From Lingula anatina (Eukaryota; Animalia; Brachiopoda), in the NCBI GenBank assembly GCA_051362555.1, contig CM120640.1:50694788-50758787 (forward strand): 64,000 nucleotides of DNA. The letters are read 5' to 3'. Below are positions 39,901 to 53,649 of this stretch, in pieces. How positions within the stretch are numbered: the stretch's first letter is position 1; every line of letters starts with the position of its first letter. The notes below the pieces were generated by a model. The model was not told the origin of the DNA and searched no databases. It saw nothing but the letters and a program-made list of their open reading frames with translations. The position numbers and the translations under genes were made by a program.

Positions 39901-42900
39901 ATGGTAACAATAAAGATCAATCTGTCAATTATCTAAATAAAATTATTACAGTCAGCATATTTTCCATATAGTGTCATACTTTAGGAAAATAACGTGTGTT
40001 TTGAAACTTACGTGACAAAAGGTAAGCTGAGAAATCATCTTTTTGACATTTGAAGAGTTTGAATTGAAATTGTACATTGAAGTAAACAATCAAATTTTAT
40101 GGATGTTTTATTTAGAGAGTAATGAAGTACCAATTTTATAGATTACCTCACAAAGCTGTGGATGTACCATACAGCCAGGGTTCTATAATTGTTTTTGTTG
40201 TACTAAAAGTAGGAGTGGGTGCAACTACCACATTCTCAAACTTTTAACATCAAAATGTTTGTAGATTATATTGATTCTCCATTAATATTTTACATTGTAT
40301 ATCTTTAAAATGATTTAAGACATTTAGATCATATTAAATTGGTTCGAGTCTTTATAAAACATGTACTGTACTGAATATGGCTTTATTCTTTTTTCTCTGT
40401 CATATTCATTATAAAACTTAAACTTGACATAATTGTGTTTCATGTATATGCCGCATATATATAGAAGTATGTGATTAAAACTGAGACAATCATTTCACAT
40501 TGATAATGTTCTTAGGTTCTCTGGTCCATCAACTTTGGAATTTTTTTTGCATTTTTAGTATTGTTGAATCATTCATTCCATTTTGAAGCCGCATGTGCCA
40601 GAATTCTGACACTTAGGCTTCATTCACATGCAATGTCTATTTTCTAAATTCTATTTTCTATTCGCGGTATGTCTTATGATCACTGTCTGTGCCCTGAATA
40701 TCCCGCGGCGTAACTACTGGCAGCGCGAGCCAGTTACTATAAGTTACTATAAGTAGCTGGCTCGCGCTGCCAGTAATCACGCGGCGGGATATTCAGGGCA
40801 CAGACAGTGATCATAAGATAGCGCGAATAGAAAATAGAATTTAGAAAATAGACATTCCATGTGAACGAAGCCTTAGTATAGTCAGTTTAGGTTCAAAAGG
40901 ATGATTAAAGTATGTAGGTAACTTGGTGAACGATTAGATCACGGCTTTAATGTACAGTAAAATTTAGTTATGATTTTTCAAAGAGGTGCAGTCAATAAGA
41001 CATTTGTCTTCACCAATAACGGTTACAAAATTTAAAGATGTTTTGCTTTTCTCAAAAAAGAAAACATTCTTTGCTCAGTGAAACACGTTTAAACCATGTG
41101 AAAATCTGTACAGAAGTAATGTTTCACATAATTATAAAGAAGTGCTCTACTATTATCACTGTTGAAGGTTTTAATTATCCAGAGGTGTTAAAAAATAAAT
41201 GTTGAGGATGTTATGTAGTCCCATGTAACCATTTCGACATTAGTAGGTGATTGCTCAGCAGACATATTTTTCAATCAATTACTCAACAGCACTACCACTT
41301 CCCACTTTGCATTTTCATAGCGATTTTAATTTTAAAAAACTCACTGCCCACTATTTTTAGCCCTAATTGTTGTCATCGTTTTATGACATGACTTATCACA
41401 TTTCCACATTGGGGAACCATCTACAATTTTTGTATGAAAGCAACCAAGACCAGACAAACCATCTCATTGGATTGTAGACAGTTCAACTATCACATTGTGT
41501 TTGCAGTCTACCACTGCGTGAGCTGTTAGATACTGGCCTGAAATGCAGTCTTATCACCTGAGAGGGCAGTGACATCACTTTCACACTTGTCTATCATAAG
41601 GTGAAAATTGTCTTATAAGAAATCATTTATTTGAGATGTTTGCTGACACAGTGTGCTCTGTGCTTCAATTTTGGTGACATAAGTTGCAAAAATGATAACA
41701 ACTGACTATATTTGCATGCATCATATTTTCAATCTTATACGGTAATTACTAAATCTTTTTAATGGGAGGAAAATATACAAATTTTACAGATTTTTCTGTA
41801 TTTTTTTAAGTCATAAATTCTTGAAATTAGAACATTTCTTTTGAGTACTAGCAGCAACAAAATTAAAACCAGGCCACCTTGTTTTTCTAAGGTTTACAGT
41901 AAAAGCACCAAAAATGCTACAGACAAAAATCTTTTAATGATTCCAAAATTATATATTTGAAAGATTGATGATTTTTCCCCATTGAATAGATCCAGTAATT
42001 ACTGTAGTTACATACACATACTATCAAAAGAAAAAAGACCCATTCTGTGACGTCACATTTGTTTATTGGAATCTAAAACATTTTTGAAAAATTGAAGGAT
42101 AGGGTTTATTTAATAAAAACATTTTATCATCAAATATTGCCACAATACCTTTATTTAAGAGAGATTAACAAAATTGAAAAAAAGGTGACAAATTTATTTA
42201 AATGTTAGCAGTGACATCTGCAGCCTTTTGAAAATTGTATGCACAGTTCTTGACTTAAGATACATAAATTTACCAAAAAAAAAAAAAGAGTAAAATGCAA
42301 TTTTTTAGCATCTAATATTTTCATTTTTTGTCTGAACATCCAGTCAGGGGCCTTATCAAATAATCATAACATCCAGTGATGTTGCAGCCTGGTGATGAGT
42401 ATTATTGTCATTGGTTCATCAGCAGAGTGACATTGTCTCTGGTTGTGTGTCAGCTGAGAGGCTGTTACTGCTACTACTACTAATAACATTGATGTGTATG
42501 CTTGATAAAAGGAGGAGGTAATTACAGGTGCTAACTTAAAAAATCAACATGTTTGCAACAAAAACAATGAAACAATGAGCATCTTAATATCTCCATGCAA
42601 AATTGGAGTTAGGCAAACACTTAAGATGTGTCATATATACAATTGAACAATTGGGTTGCTTCTTAGTTTGCATTATATATCTTTAGAATATTTTACCACA
42701 GGAAATAAGTCAATAATTTCACCTATTTTGGGGATCAACTGTATGTATATTTGTGCACATGCTCATAATAAACATGATCTTGTTCATATAAGAGCCTCAT
42801 TTTCCATACCATGCATTATATCAGAGGACAGATCAATATCCTTTGACGTCATGTCATAGACATATTCACGTTGAAGTATAGGAAATTATGGCTCTGATGT

Positions 42901-44656
42901 CATAAAATTGTTTTGTTTGACTAGCTGACATGAACTTCTAAAACCCCCTTTACACTGGACGGCGTCCTTTCTGCGTCCTTTGTGCGACCATGAAACTGGC
43001 CAGGACGCCGTCGGACGCTCAAAGAACGCACAGTGATCGCCAAGGTCGCACAAAGAACGTTCAAGCATCGCCGAGGACGGCATGGACGCCGCGAAGTTTT
43101 GAGCATGTTCAAAACAATCGCAGAGAGAACGCGATGTAGGATGGTCGCTCAATGGACGCAGAAAGGACGCACAGGCATCGCCGTAGTCGCAGAGAGAACG
43201 CACAAGCATCGCCGCGGTCGCAGAGAGGACGCACAAGCATCGCCGCGGTCGTAGAAAGGAGGCACAAGCATCGCTTTGGTTGCAGAATGAAAACTCAAAG
43301 ATCGTCCAGTGTTTGACACGTAGAACGTTATTTTTTTTCACTCTCAAACGGGGCCGTGCTGAGGTATTTTTCACCAGGGTAACAGTGGTCTCATATCAGC
43401 CTCCGATTGTTTTTTCCCCTAAAATTCATGAAACGATCCATTTTTTGAGGTTATTATTAAACGAATGTTTTGCCTTTTTTACAAGATTAATTGTCAGAAC
43501 TTTTTGCAGAATGCTTCATTTGAAAACGGATTCAAACATTCTATGTTGTGTCAGTCATACTTTCTCGTTTTCGGTCCCTGTCCATCCTTCTTATAAGGAT
43601 AACAATGAGCATCTGGCTGATTATCAGTCCATGCAGATCTTGCATCACTATAGTTTAAAGCGGTTATTTCCATTTATTTGTTTTGTGTGCTGGAAATGTT
43701 CTTTATTGGATGACCTGGTTAGAACCGATGAAAAGATGAGTTAGAATATAGAGAAGGACGCCCAAATAACGCTCATCGGTCAAGCAGGATGCAGAATGAT
43801 CGTAGAATAGACGCCACTGATCGCCGATGAAGGTACAGAGAACGCAGCAAGAATGCTCAATGGTCTCTCAAACATCGCAATGGACGCCTTGGGTTGCACG
43901 GGGACGTACAGTGGAGGCAGGCAGGTTGCTCGCAGTTTTACAGGTAAAATCACGATACGGTCGTTCAAAGGACGCACAAGGGACGCAGACGCCTTTACAC
44001 TGAGACACGATTTAATTGCTTTGGCGACCGTTGAGCGTCCTGACCACATTTTTGAACGCAGAAGGGACGCAGAAAGGACGCCGTCCAGTGTAAAGGGGCC
44101 CTAATGCACTGAGATGAAAGTATATCCCAATTGCAGTGGTTAATTTGTGATAAGAATGAGTGCTAACCAGAATGACGTAGGAATGTACGAACATGATTTT
44201 CAGTGTAATTGTTGATATGATTTGTACAATTTATGCATGTATATTTTGACATTTTCACCTTGTTTTAGCACTGACATGGGCCATGCTACCTTGACTTAAC
44301 AGAAGTATATTGCCTCAGTCAATAAAAGAAAACGAGTATTTAAAGACAAAATGCAACCAGCTGCTCTTTCGGTATCATTAAAAGGCTGAAAGGGGGACTG
44401 GTGACAATGCATGGCCTCATATATGTTATACAATTAAACTGCTGAATAAAGAAATCACTTAACCACAACTAGGATTTACTAAAACCATCACCTCCTTTCC
44501 CTTACCATTTCAGAAGATATACCAGTTGGCTTTTTCCTATAGATATATTGCTTGAGATGATTTGTAATATTTCTTTGGAACCATAAATCAGGCATGGGCT
44601 TTTTCCATGGAATGATATGATTTTTAATTCAGTTCACACAATAAATGAGATAAGAT

Positions 44657-44708
<52 letters not shown>

Positions 44709-47700
44709 GCAGATCAGCCGAAGTCTCTTTTTTTACGTTTTGACAACTGACAGCTGTTAGCAATACCTTAGGGCAGTGGGAAGATAGTGGCTGTAGTGTG
44801 AATTCATTTGATGATAACTGTTAAAAGTATATTTTGAAGGCATTTTCTAGTTTTCAGCAATTTCTGTAAAGCTTCGGCATGTGTGACAGGTATCATATAC
44901 AGTCAATAACACATCAGATTACAGGATTTGGTGGCCCAGTGGTAATTAACATCCTCGGCTGCCAAACACCCACTTGATACCCACTCAGTCCCTTTTTTTT
45001 TCTTTTCTTTTTGTTAAAGGCACAAAATCTTTGACTCAGGGCAAGTGTGGGAATAAGACTTTCACACAGAATATAGTATCTAAAGTGATTCTGTAAATCG
45101 TGTATACCAATCTCTTATCATGGTTCAATGATTGATGTGACGGAATCAGCTAGTATATATACAACTAAAAAACCTTAAACCTGAGACATGTCTAAACCTC
45201 AACTCTGAGTTTCAAGGACATATACCCATCGGGTATGTTCTATCGTCAAGAGGTGTTTATATTTCAACCAGTTGCAACAGTGTAACGTCACTTGTGTCGC
45301 ATGCCATGGCAGTTGCGTCACTTTGTAATGGCACATGGCTATAATTTCTGATCTTTTATTAAGAGTATCTGGCATAAGCATAATTAACAGCTTTTCGTCT
45401 AAAGGTTCCTCCTTTGTGTTGCAGATTTATTGATGATGTCCCACCTTATGTCATATTGAATGTTACTTTCTTTTAATTTCCAAAAATATTTTGATAGCTT
45501 AGATTATGTTAAATATTATTTGTCCCTCAATGATTTAGTGTAGGTGTTAAATCTTACATTAAATTGCCCACCACAAAGGCCTATATACTTCATACATTCA
45601 TTTTTCTAGCTGCTGCTTGAAACACACTGTTGCTAGAAAACATGCCCCTTGCAGAGGACACTTATTTGGCAATCTACAATTGCAGTTTTTCTCTTGCTTA
45701 TTTACTGCCACATTTTTGATTATTTTCTTATTATAGCCCTGAATAATTTGCTGCATGTAACTAACCTTACTGTAGATCTATTGAATATACATGTCTGCAG
45801 TGTATAAATACATGTCTTCTCTTTTGATTTGACCTTGAGGTTGATATACCTAGGAGATATGGCAACATACACTAGTATAATCTATGTAATTTCCTTCCAC
45901 TCTCTAATTTGTTCTCCATAAAGTGAGAATATTCAGATTTTCAGAATACTTTTTGTGTCTTAATTTTTTCTGTTTATATGCTGGCACTGTTTTTAATTGA
46001 ATTTAATTTGTGTCTAAGATTGAGACATCAACCAAGAAAGCAGTGCGCACACATTCAGTTGGGTCTCTGCCAGCATGTGCTATATGCACTCAGTGTAATA
46101 TATACATAAGTGTGTGTGTGTAGATAGAGCAACAATAGTACTCACTTTATGTGACTAACAGTTTGCTGCTGTGTATAGCTGACCTAATATTAACTAGATG
46201 CAGGGTCACGCTGGCATTTTTCAGACTGTAACATCTACAGAAAATGGTGAAAAATTGTTAATGTAAATAGAAAAAGGCTGATTAAGTAGCAAATGGAATT
46301 TGTTAGAAGTACTTGATCTGTTTGATAAATTGTTCATATGTTGCTATGATGAAAGTATAGTAGCTGATTGCCCAGAAGAGAAAAAGAGACATTGGGAATG
46401 TAGTAGATAACTGTTCAAAAGTGAAAAAGGACTGTTATAGTATATTATTTCTGGGGATTGATTGGATAGAGTGGAATACAACAGCTAGTTGTTACTGTCA
46501 GAACTTGTAGTAATATCTGTTGCCTGTAGGGAGACAAGATATAGAATATGGTGTCTTGGAAAAGGGGCTACCTTTTGTAAAATTAAGCATCACTCCCTGG
46601 ACAGAAAGGTGCTCTGGCTGGCAAATTTTCATCGTAGCTTAGACAAAATAAAACATTTTATTCATCCAAGGTCTCAGATATCAGGGCTTTCTGTAGATAC
46701 AAATAAATGGGGCTGCTATAATTTGCGTGCGATTGATGATACACTGCTTAATGGTATACAATAAAAATACCAAAAAGGAGCCAAATAGTGTAAGACATTA
46801 GATACAACTTACCATCATCACTGTTTCGATGAGAAAACTGCAGAAATTTTTGATGAAAATTTTACAACAGAAATATCATGTAAAGCTCTGGCAGTGCGCT
46901 CTTGGGCAGGACAGCTGTTTTCTACTGTTCTTTGACATTCATGCAAAAAGTTAAGTTTATAACACTTAAAATAAAAAAAAAAAACAGGTCTTTGACCCAA
47001 CTTAAAAGACATACTTCTAACCATTCTGGCAGAGCTGCATGACAAAAATGAATTTTCCTCTGAAAGTACATATACCTTGTACACGTATGTAAGTAAAACA
47101 TTGATCTGCCAGTGTTGTGGCTTTGATTAACAGCTATGGTGAAATCTGTTGGATCCTGGCCCTATAACAGCAATATAGTGAAGTCATGCCAGCAATATTG
47201 ATGAAATTAAGGCTTTAATAGGCCCATATGGGCTAACAATAATTTCAAATTCATCCTTTTTTATACTGATTTTTGTTTCAGTTGTCAGGTTCAAATAAAT
47301 TTTGGCAAAGGAAAACATGCAGTTAAAATGTATTTATGGCCTCAACACCATAGATAAATTATAGATTATATTTATAATATATTATAGATTATATTTGTGT
47401 CTCAGGAAATGTTTGGACATGCAATGCCTTGGCAGGGCCTGCAATATCTAGAATTCAGAATTCAGCCTGCAATACCTTCCATCATTTTATTTGCATGTCT
47501 GATCGATGCAGTGGCTTTGGATAATGAAGAATAAAATAAGAAATTATAATCTGTTAAAATTTTGTGCTAATAGATAGTCTTTATCTTTTAACTCGTAAAA
47601 AATACTAGTACTGTAATACATTCATAATTGAAATGCCCCTCAATAAACAAAACTTTCAAACAATTTTATATATAAGATTCTTTTTCACAATAAATTACTA

Positions 47701-50638
47701 CCTATGGCACACATGGGTTAATATCTACCCACAAATTTTAGTTTAAGTAAACATAACATAATCATTAAAATTTTAATGTGAATGTGTGCCAAAACTACGA
47801 ATGCTGCAAAATCCATTGTTTATATACTATATGTAAGTTTAACTTTTCAAACAGTCTCTTCCTTCCTGTCGTGACTGCATGAAAAGTCCCAAGAAATTCT
47901 TTCATGACACACTGGGGAAATTGCTATTGAAAGTTCATCACAGCCAGTTCAATAAGAAACTAAAATGGTACTATATTCAACATGTATTCATAGAAATATA
48001 TTGATTACCATGGTGGAGTTGGTGCATCCAATCAATACAAGACTTTCAAAGTAGATTTATAGAGCAACGCTATGTTGAATTAAGTTAAAGGTTTGCTATT
48101 GATCGATTTGGGTAATTAATACATCAGACGTCATTTTGACATCACGGGAGTTAAAATCGGGTCTCCCAATATGCTATATTTACAGACCGTGGTTATTTTT
48201 AGAAACATTTAAGATTGTATTAATAGAACTTTCACAGATTCATTCATGTGTATTTCCTGAAAAAAATTGAACATTCATGAAATTGCATGCTGTCAAGATG
48301 GCCATGATTTCATTAATTCTTTTATGGTTCATGCAAATACACATAAACTGGAACACATTGGATTTTTTTACAATAGAATCTTCATGACATATTACTTAAC
48401 CATCATATTTGCAGGTATGTTTATTTGATGATTTTTCTTTCTTTGAGAAATATCACATGATAGTCAAAATGTTTAAATTCTGGAGCCCTGCTATTAAAAC
48501 ACATAAAACTCTTTTGTTAGTTAGCAGTGATGAAAATGAGTATATTATTTTAAAGTAGTAAAACAAAAATGTGTGGGGGTAATATTGGATAACAGAAGCA
48601 CTTTAAAACTAAAATACAGTAATTATACATCTGGTTGTAATTAAAATGGACTGTACTGCAGCACATGCTGCACATGGATAAAGGGGAAATAGAACAATAC
48701 ATTGCCCTGTATAGTTTTTACCTTTTGTTTCAGCAGGTTTAAAACAGAAAAGTATTTGGTACATGATACCATATCTTTCTTTTTAAAGTGGATACCATAT
48801 CTTTCTTTTTTAAGTGAATATATTCTTTTTCTAGGGTGAGGCTCTCTCAGCAGGAACTTTAGATGGTTTCCCCTTAACATGTAAGTATGTAATTAGTAAA
48901 CAGCAAATAGTACAGTAATTATAAGCATCTGAGTGAAGAAATTAACTTTTTTCTAACTAATACATTTGTAGAAAAATGTGCTGTTATGTAACCCTTCATG
49001 TTCTATAAAAGAAATAAAAAGTATAATTGTACTGAGAAAATTTATCTTCCACTGGCTAATTTTTTTTCTTTTTTGCACAAAAACCTGTTACCATGACTAT
49101 ACTAAACTGGCAACTGCAATATGAAGCAGCAAGTGAAATGTTTTTAAGCAAGGAAACATTTCAGGTTGATAATTAACATAAATAGAAATTATAAGTCTGC
49201 ATTATTAACACATTCATTCAGTATATTTAGAATGTATTGAAGTCAGTGACCACACATACGCTGTGCCCACACACTAACTGAATAACCTTACTCTGAGAGG
49301 GAATTAAGGAGTGGATGCTAAGCCAGAGGGAGTTTCATCCTCATGTCTGACAGAGAATTTGCATACTGGTCCCTAGTAGCAATTACAAGTATATAAAAGT
49401 GGCTGCTGCCTTGTGCAATACCTACGTAATTCTGCTGTAGAAAGAAGATCACTTATATCCTACAATGGTTGTCTCTTAAATAAATCTGATAAAATGTAAC
49501 TTGAGTAAGATGACATTTTAAAAACATTTTGAATGTTTGCTTTTCTGTCTTTACAGTTGTGTCTATTTATAACAATATAGATAGCACTAAGATTAAAAAA
49601 AAAAAAAAAACAGGAAATATATGATGTCACAAATGACCTGGTACTTGTTTCCTATTCCTTAATAACTGCTCATCACATGCTAGGTTCACATTAACTGCAC
49701 AGAGTCATCATCAATGAGAACATGCAACTGATGCTAGTGCTGGCAGCCAATGGAAACAGTTTTTGTGTCTTATTGGTGGGACTCGTACCCGCTCATGGTC
49801 ACATACTGCATACAAATGCCCCATATTCCAAACAAAACACCAATAAATCAAGCACTATGTCACTTAATTTTTTAGTCTCAGCAAAACACAGGTAGTGCAG
49901 TAAACATTTAGATAACCATTAACCTGGATAAGGCAATGTTAAAAATAAGGTTGAATGAGTGAGGAGGTGGAAAGGAAGGGAGGGGGTGGAGGGGTGAAAT
50001 ATCAGCTAGACAAAGTTTGAGATTTTCTTAGTTATTAATATCTGTAACAGTTTTTCCCCTTTACTTAGAAGTCAAATTTATATAATTGAGCTAGATCAGT
50101 ATGGTTTAATTACACTTGCTAATACTGATTGTTCATTTAGCAAGTGCAAAGTGAGCTAAGCTTGCTACCAAATTTTAGAAAAAGAAAACTCCCATAAGAT
50201 TATGGCCATTATAGTTTATATCATTGTAACTGGATTTTAAGACATATGGGTTGAAATAATGATGGATGTTTGTTTAGTCTTCTCAATAAAAAGAAGGGAT
50301 GTTTATCAATGTGGAATAATCTAGCTACTCTGACAAGATGGTCAAACAACTCGTATCTAAAGATTGAATAATTGTAGAACATTTTCATTGGCTTTAGAGA
50401 TACTAATGTGGCTTTTTAAACTGATTTTTGTAATTTTTCAGCTTATATGGGCCCAACTCCACCTCCTGGAAAGGTACATCGTTACAACTTTTATCTTTTC
50501 AAACAGACAACAGAAAAAATAATTGGAGGGGATGGAAGTAGCAGAGCCTACTTTAATCTGGCAGATTTCATGGAAAAAAATAATTTGTGTACACCAGAGG
50601 CTGGATTTCAGTTTAAAACTGAAACATTGAATAAGTAA
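30978..50638 (+). CDS. PEBP4: Phosphatidylethanolamine-binding protein, PEBP4-like, with signal peptide; exons 30978-31211, 35684-35782, 48835-48880, 50442-50638; 191 aa
   Basis: Spliced protein contains VKFPDVGE/DEQYVLVMVDPDVPS...WKHWVV, GEALSAGTLDG and YMGPTPPPGKVHRYNFYLFKQ (PEBP DPDxP and GxHR-type motifs), plus a hydrophobic N-terminus as in secreted PEBP4. GT-AG exons sum to 576 nt in frame. Confidence 0.88.
33160..33560. mobile_element. Inverted pair of the 218-bp MITE-like family within PEBP4 intron 1
   Basis: ~33160-33372 is the reverse complement of the 21383 unit. ~33373-33560 is a 5'-truncated forward copy ending agatcgatctaaaaatctatggaaatggggtg. Confidence 0.8.
33788..35107 (+). 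mobile_element. 5'-truncated, decayed LINE (CR1/L2-group reverse transcriptase C-terminal part plus 3' UTR)
   Basis: Translates FINDIF...NYADDNTL, NPEKFQ, KLLGVYFDSRLTF, CPLVWHF, LEKIQER. Has an in-frame stop and a frameshift. Ends with AATAAA and an (ATTGT)-like tail at ~35072-35107. Confidence 0.88.
37000..39865 (+). mobile_element. Helentron/HINE-like non-autonomous element with internal tandem repeats (three head-to-tail sub-copies at ~37000, 37925, 39092)
   Basis: T-run flanks; 5' hairpin tgtacagacac-agat-gtgtctgtaca; (GCCGAT)n microsatellite; repeated ~117-bp core aaaacgcaggtcaagttcgaaaatcagcatgatc; 3' subterminal gtctgtaca followed by a short stem-loop. The classification is inferred from architecture. 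Confidence 0.72.
40616..40872. mobile_element. Foldback (palindromic) MITE, 257 bp, Harbinger-like
   Basis: ~120-bp arms are near-perfect reverse complements (GGCTTCATTCACATG...CATGTGAACGAAGCC); TTA on both flanks. Confidence 0.88.
42942..44101. mobile_element. Non-autonomous PIF/Harbinger-type DNA transposon, 1160 bp
   Basis: TIRs CCCCTTTACACTGGACGGCGTCCTTTCTGCGTCC; TAA TSD (42939-42941, 44102-44104); ~30-bp subterminal tandem repeats (gcatcgccg.ggtcgcagagag.acgcacaa); no transposase motif seen. Confidence 0.9.
44662..44704. repeat. (TA)n microsatellite
   Basis: Seen directly. Confidence 0.95.
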
Positions 50639-53600
50639 TATTTCTTCGAAAATGCATTGATTATATTAAGTTTGAGAATTGATAAGAAAAACATAATATT
50701 TATAATAGTTAAAAGTGCTATATTGATATGGAATACCCTTTCAACCAAAATAAGTAAAGGAAATTCCTAAGCCAGGGATTCCTCCAGCATGAAAGTACTA
50801 GAACCATCCACAAGAAACTACAGGTGTGCTTCCAGTTACCAAAATAACCTTGCCAATGAACTGGGATACCCTGCTGCCAAAAATAAGGAACCAAGTGGTA
50901 TTTTGCAATGAGAAATTCCATGAGTCAGAAATAAACACTACCAAAAGTAGGCTACTCACAGCTCATACACACAGCAAGGAATGCAAGATATTTTTGGCAG
51001 AGTCTCCCAGCAGTTTGCCAGAATCCTACGTCATTCACCGCAGCTATTTTCATACTCTCTAGTACTTTCTATATAGTTTGGGATATCAGGTTAAAAATAG
51101 TATCATTTGGGGATGCCTCTTGTGAATCACCATAAACTATGTACATGATTGATATGTTTCCTTGTTTGGAATGATTTCAATTTGCACAGTCATTATCAAT
51201 ATCAGTTATCAATATATCTTGTTATATTTAGATGTTGTGGAACAATAGCTGTGTATGGAGATAAAAAAAATTGTTGAAAGTAGTGCTTGCATACATCAAA
51301 TTCTAGAAGACATGGCACACGTGTGTGTGTATGTTTCAGTGTGAAAAACCTAAAATAAATCAGTCTTTTCTGATATAACCTGCCTTTCTACTTCAGTTGG
51401 TTTTGAAAGTTACATTACAGGGTGTGGTATCTATATATCAAATAAAAATGGTGCATCAAGTTTTTTTTTGTTCTATTTTTTTTTTTTTGTCACAGAGACT
51501 TCTACAGTATTTATAATTAGCATTATTTTTTAAGAACTACCCTGTAACATAATACTAGTTGCTCAACAAAATTTTTAATACATCTTGAATTTTTATTACG
51601 TCACTGTGGACATATTGCAGCAAGTCTCAACCAATAAGTCCATAGAAAAAAGTTCAAGTAGTGATGGTTACTTTGAAAAGATCTTGTTTTATCAACGATA
51701 TCGCAATGCAAAGCCAAAACCTTTGCTGCCTTTGGCCATATTACATACCAAAAAATAAAATCAAGGCAATAATTCTCCGTTGTGTCTGCATTAATGCTTA
51801 CTTGGTTTATTTCTGTGAGATCAATAAAGTCCCCATTCCATGATATGCTCTTTGATTAATATCTAGTATATTGTTTAGAAAGAAAATCGATCATGGCTAT
51901 ATTCAAAATCACAGTTTGCTTCTTATGAACCAGAATTGTGTCTATTTCAAGTAATAATTTGGTGTATTGTATAACTGTAATATGGAAACAATAGTCAACT
52001 TCTCGGTGTAAGCCATACGTATAAAACAAATATTCCATATGAAACTATCCTTCTATGTAGATCCATCCAACTCCGTGGGGACTTGCCAAATGCAATCAGA
52101 TTAATTAACAGATTAACACACTTCCTCTTCCTCTTGTTTTCAACATATTCATATAATCACCAACAAGTGTACTGGCAGTTGAGTAGGTTGAGCCAATTAG
52201 GCTCTGCAAAATATGTTTTGTATTTTTTCTCACAAGAAGTCATCACTATTTAATATAATTTATATTTATTTATAATTGCATTCCTATTGTACATTTTCAT
52301 CTACCTATGTAGATGCATACGATACAATGAATAAAGAAAGAAAGAAAGATTATAATCGTCAGCTTTTCTATAATCTACTCAATGCCAGGAGACAGCATGT
52401 TAACCTGATTGCATTCAACGAGAGTCCCTATGGAGCTGGATCGATCTGTGTAGAATAATACTTTCATTGGGAATGAGCCCTTAAATGTTGTCATGTAACA
52501 AGAGAGCATGCAGAAGACATCTCTTTTTATGGAGACAGCATTTCAGATAGAAATTCTTGCAATTTTACAAACAAATTAAGGCACACGCACACCATTCTCC
52601 AATCCAGGACAATGAAAAATTGAGGTATTAAAAGTGGGTGCATGGGTTTGGGCTAAAAAGTAACATATATGAGTAATATATTTGAAGAAAACTGGTTTTG
52701 GGGGCTTTGGAAGTGTGTGCCTCCCTATCTTTTATCAAGATTGGGAAAGTAAAGAAGGAGGTTGGGCTGGATTTAAAAAAAATAGATTTTTTGAACAGGA
52801 GGTTGACACCCCACCCTCCAACATCCTATTTAAACAATGTGTCTGAAACTTGATATCAGATTTGGTCAAAAAGTTGTCTTGTAAGTAATATCTGTCAGAA
52901 CCTGTTTACTCTGGGATTTAAACATTTTCTTTTTCATTCAACTAGCCTTCAAAGATGTGGCTCACTGAAACCACAGAATGACACAGTTCCAAAATAGTAA
53001 CAGGACAAAAGAGCTTCCGAGTCTTGTGGTTTCCAGTGGTTGCCTTGGTAAACTGACCTATTACTATTAGGTTGAAGGTTAAAGCTGCATGTTAAATTAA
53101 GTATTAATGAGAAGTTGGAGTTTTGATGGGCATAAAAGTCAAATGTATAAAAAAATAAAAACAAATCATAAACCACATGCCTTCTACCCTTCATTATTGG
53201 ATGCACAATATTAAGTACATTAATTCGAGACAAAAACTACATCCGTAATATATGTTCCAGAATCATGCGCAGACGTTGAACGACTCATTTCATCCGTGAA
53301 ATGTTCGAAATACTATGAGTAGATCCCAGGTGTGCAAACTCCGCACCTATCTGATACTGCTATCTGCAATGATAATCCTGTGAGTGTGACCCCACATCCA
53401 TGCTCCTTCATATCCTAATTTCGACGTAGATCTGGATCTCTGTGTCGGCACCATCTTAAATTTGGCATTATTTGATCCTGAAAAGCAGTCCAAATTTTGA
53501 ACCAAGCTTAATAAATATTGCTCTGTCCTAAAACTCTGTAAAATGAAATTCATGCTGCAGATTCTACTTTCCACCGGATTCCCCAAGATGTAAACAATAT

Positions 53601-53649
53601 TACAAACAATATTCAATAACCTCGGTTCGCGATGAAAGTACCACATCCT

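Noticed and set aside
43170-43280. ~30-bp tandem repeats as a CRISPR-like array
   Set aside because: No unique spacers, eukaryotic context, and they lie inside a TIR element.
42886-44194. ORFs of 60-162 aa as transposase
   Set aside because: They arise from GC-rich subterminal repeats; no DDE or Myb/SANT motif is seen.
48765-48816. 26-bp tandem duplication just upstream of PEBP4 exon 3
   Set aside because: It does not include the acceptor used; most likely neutral slippage.
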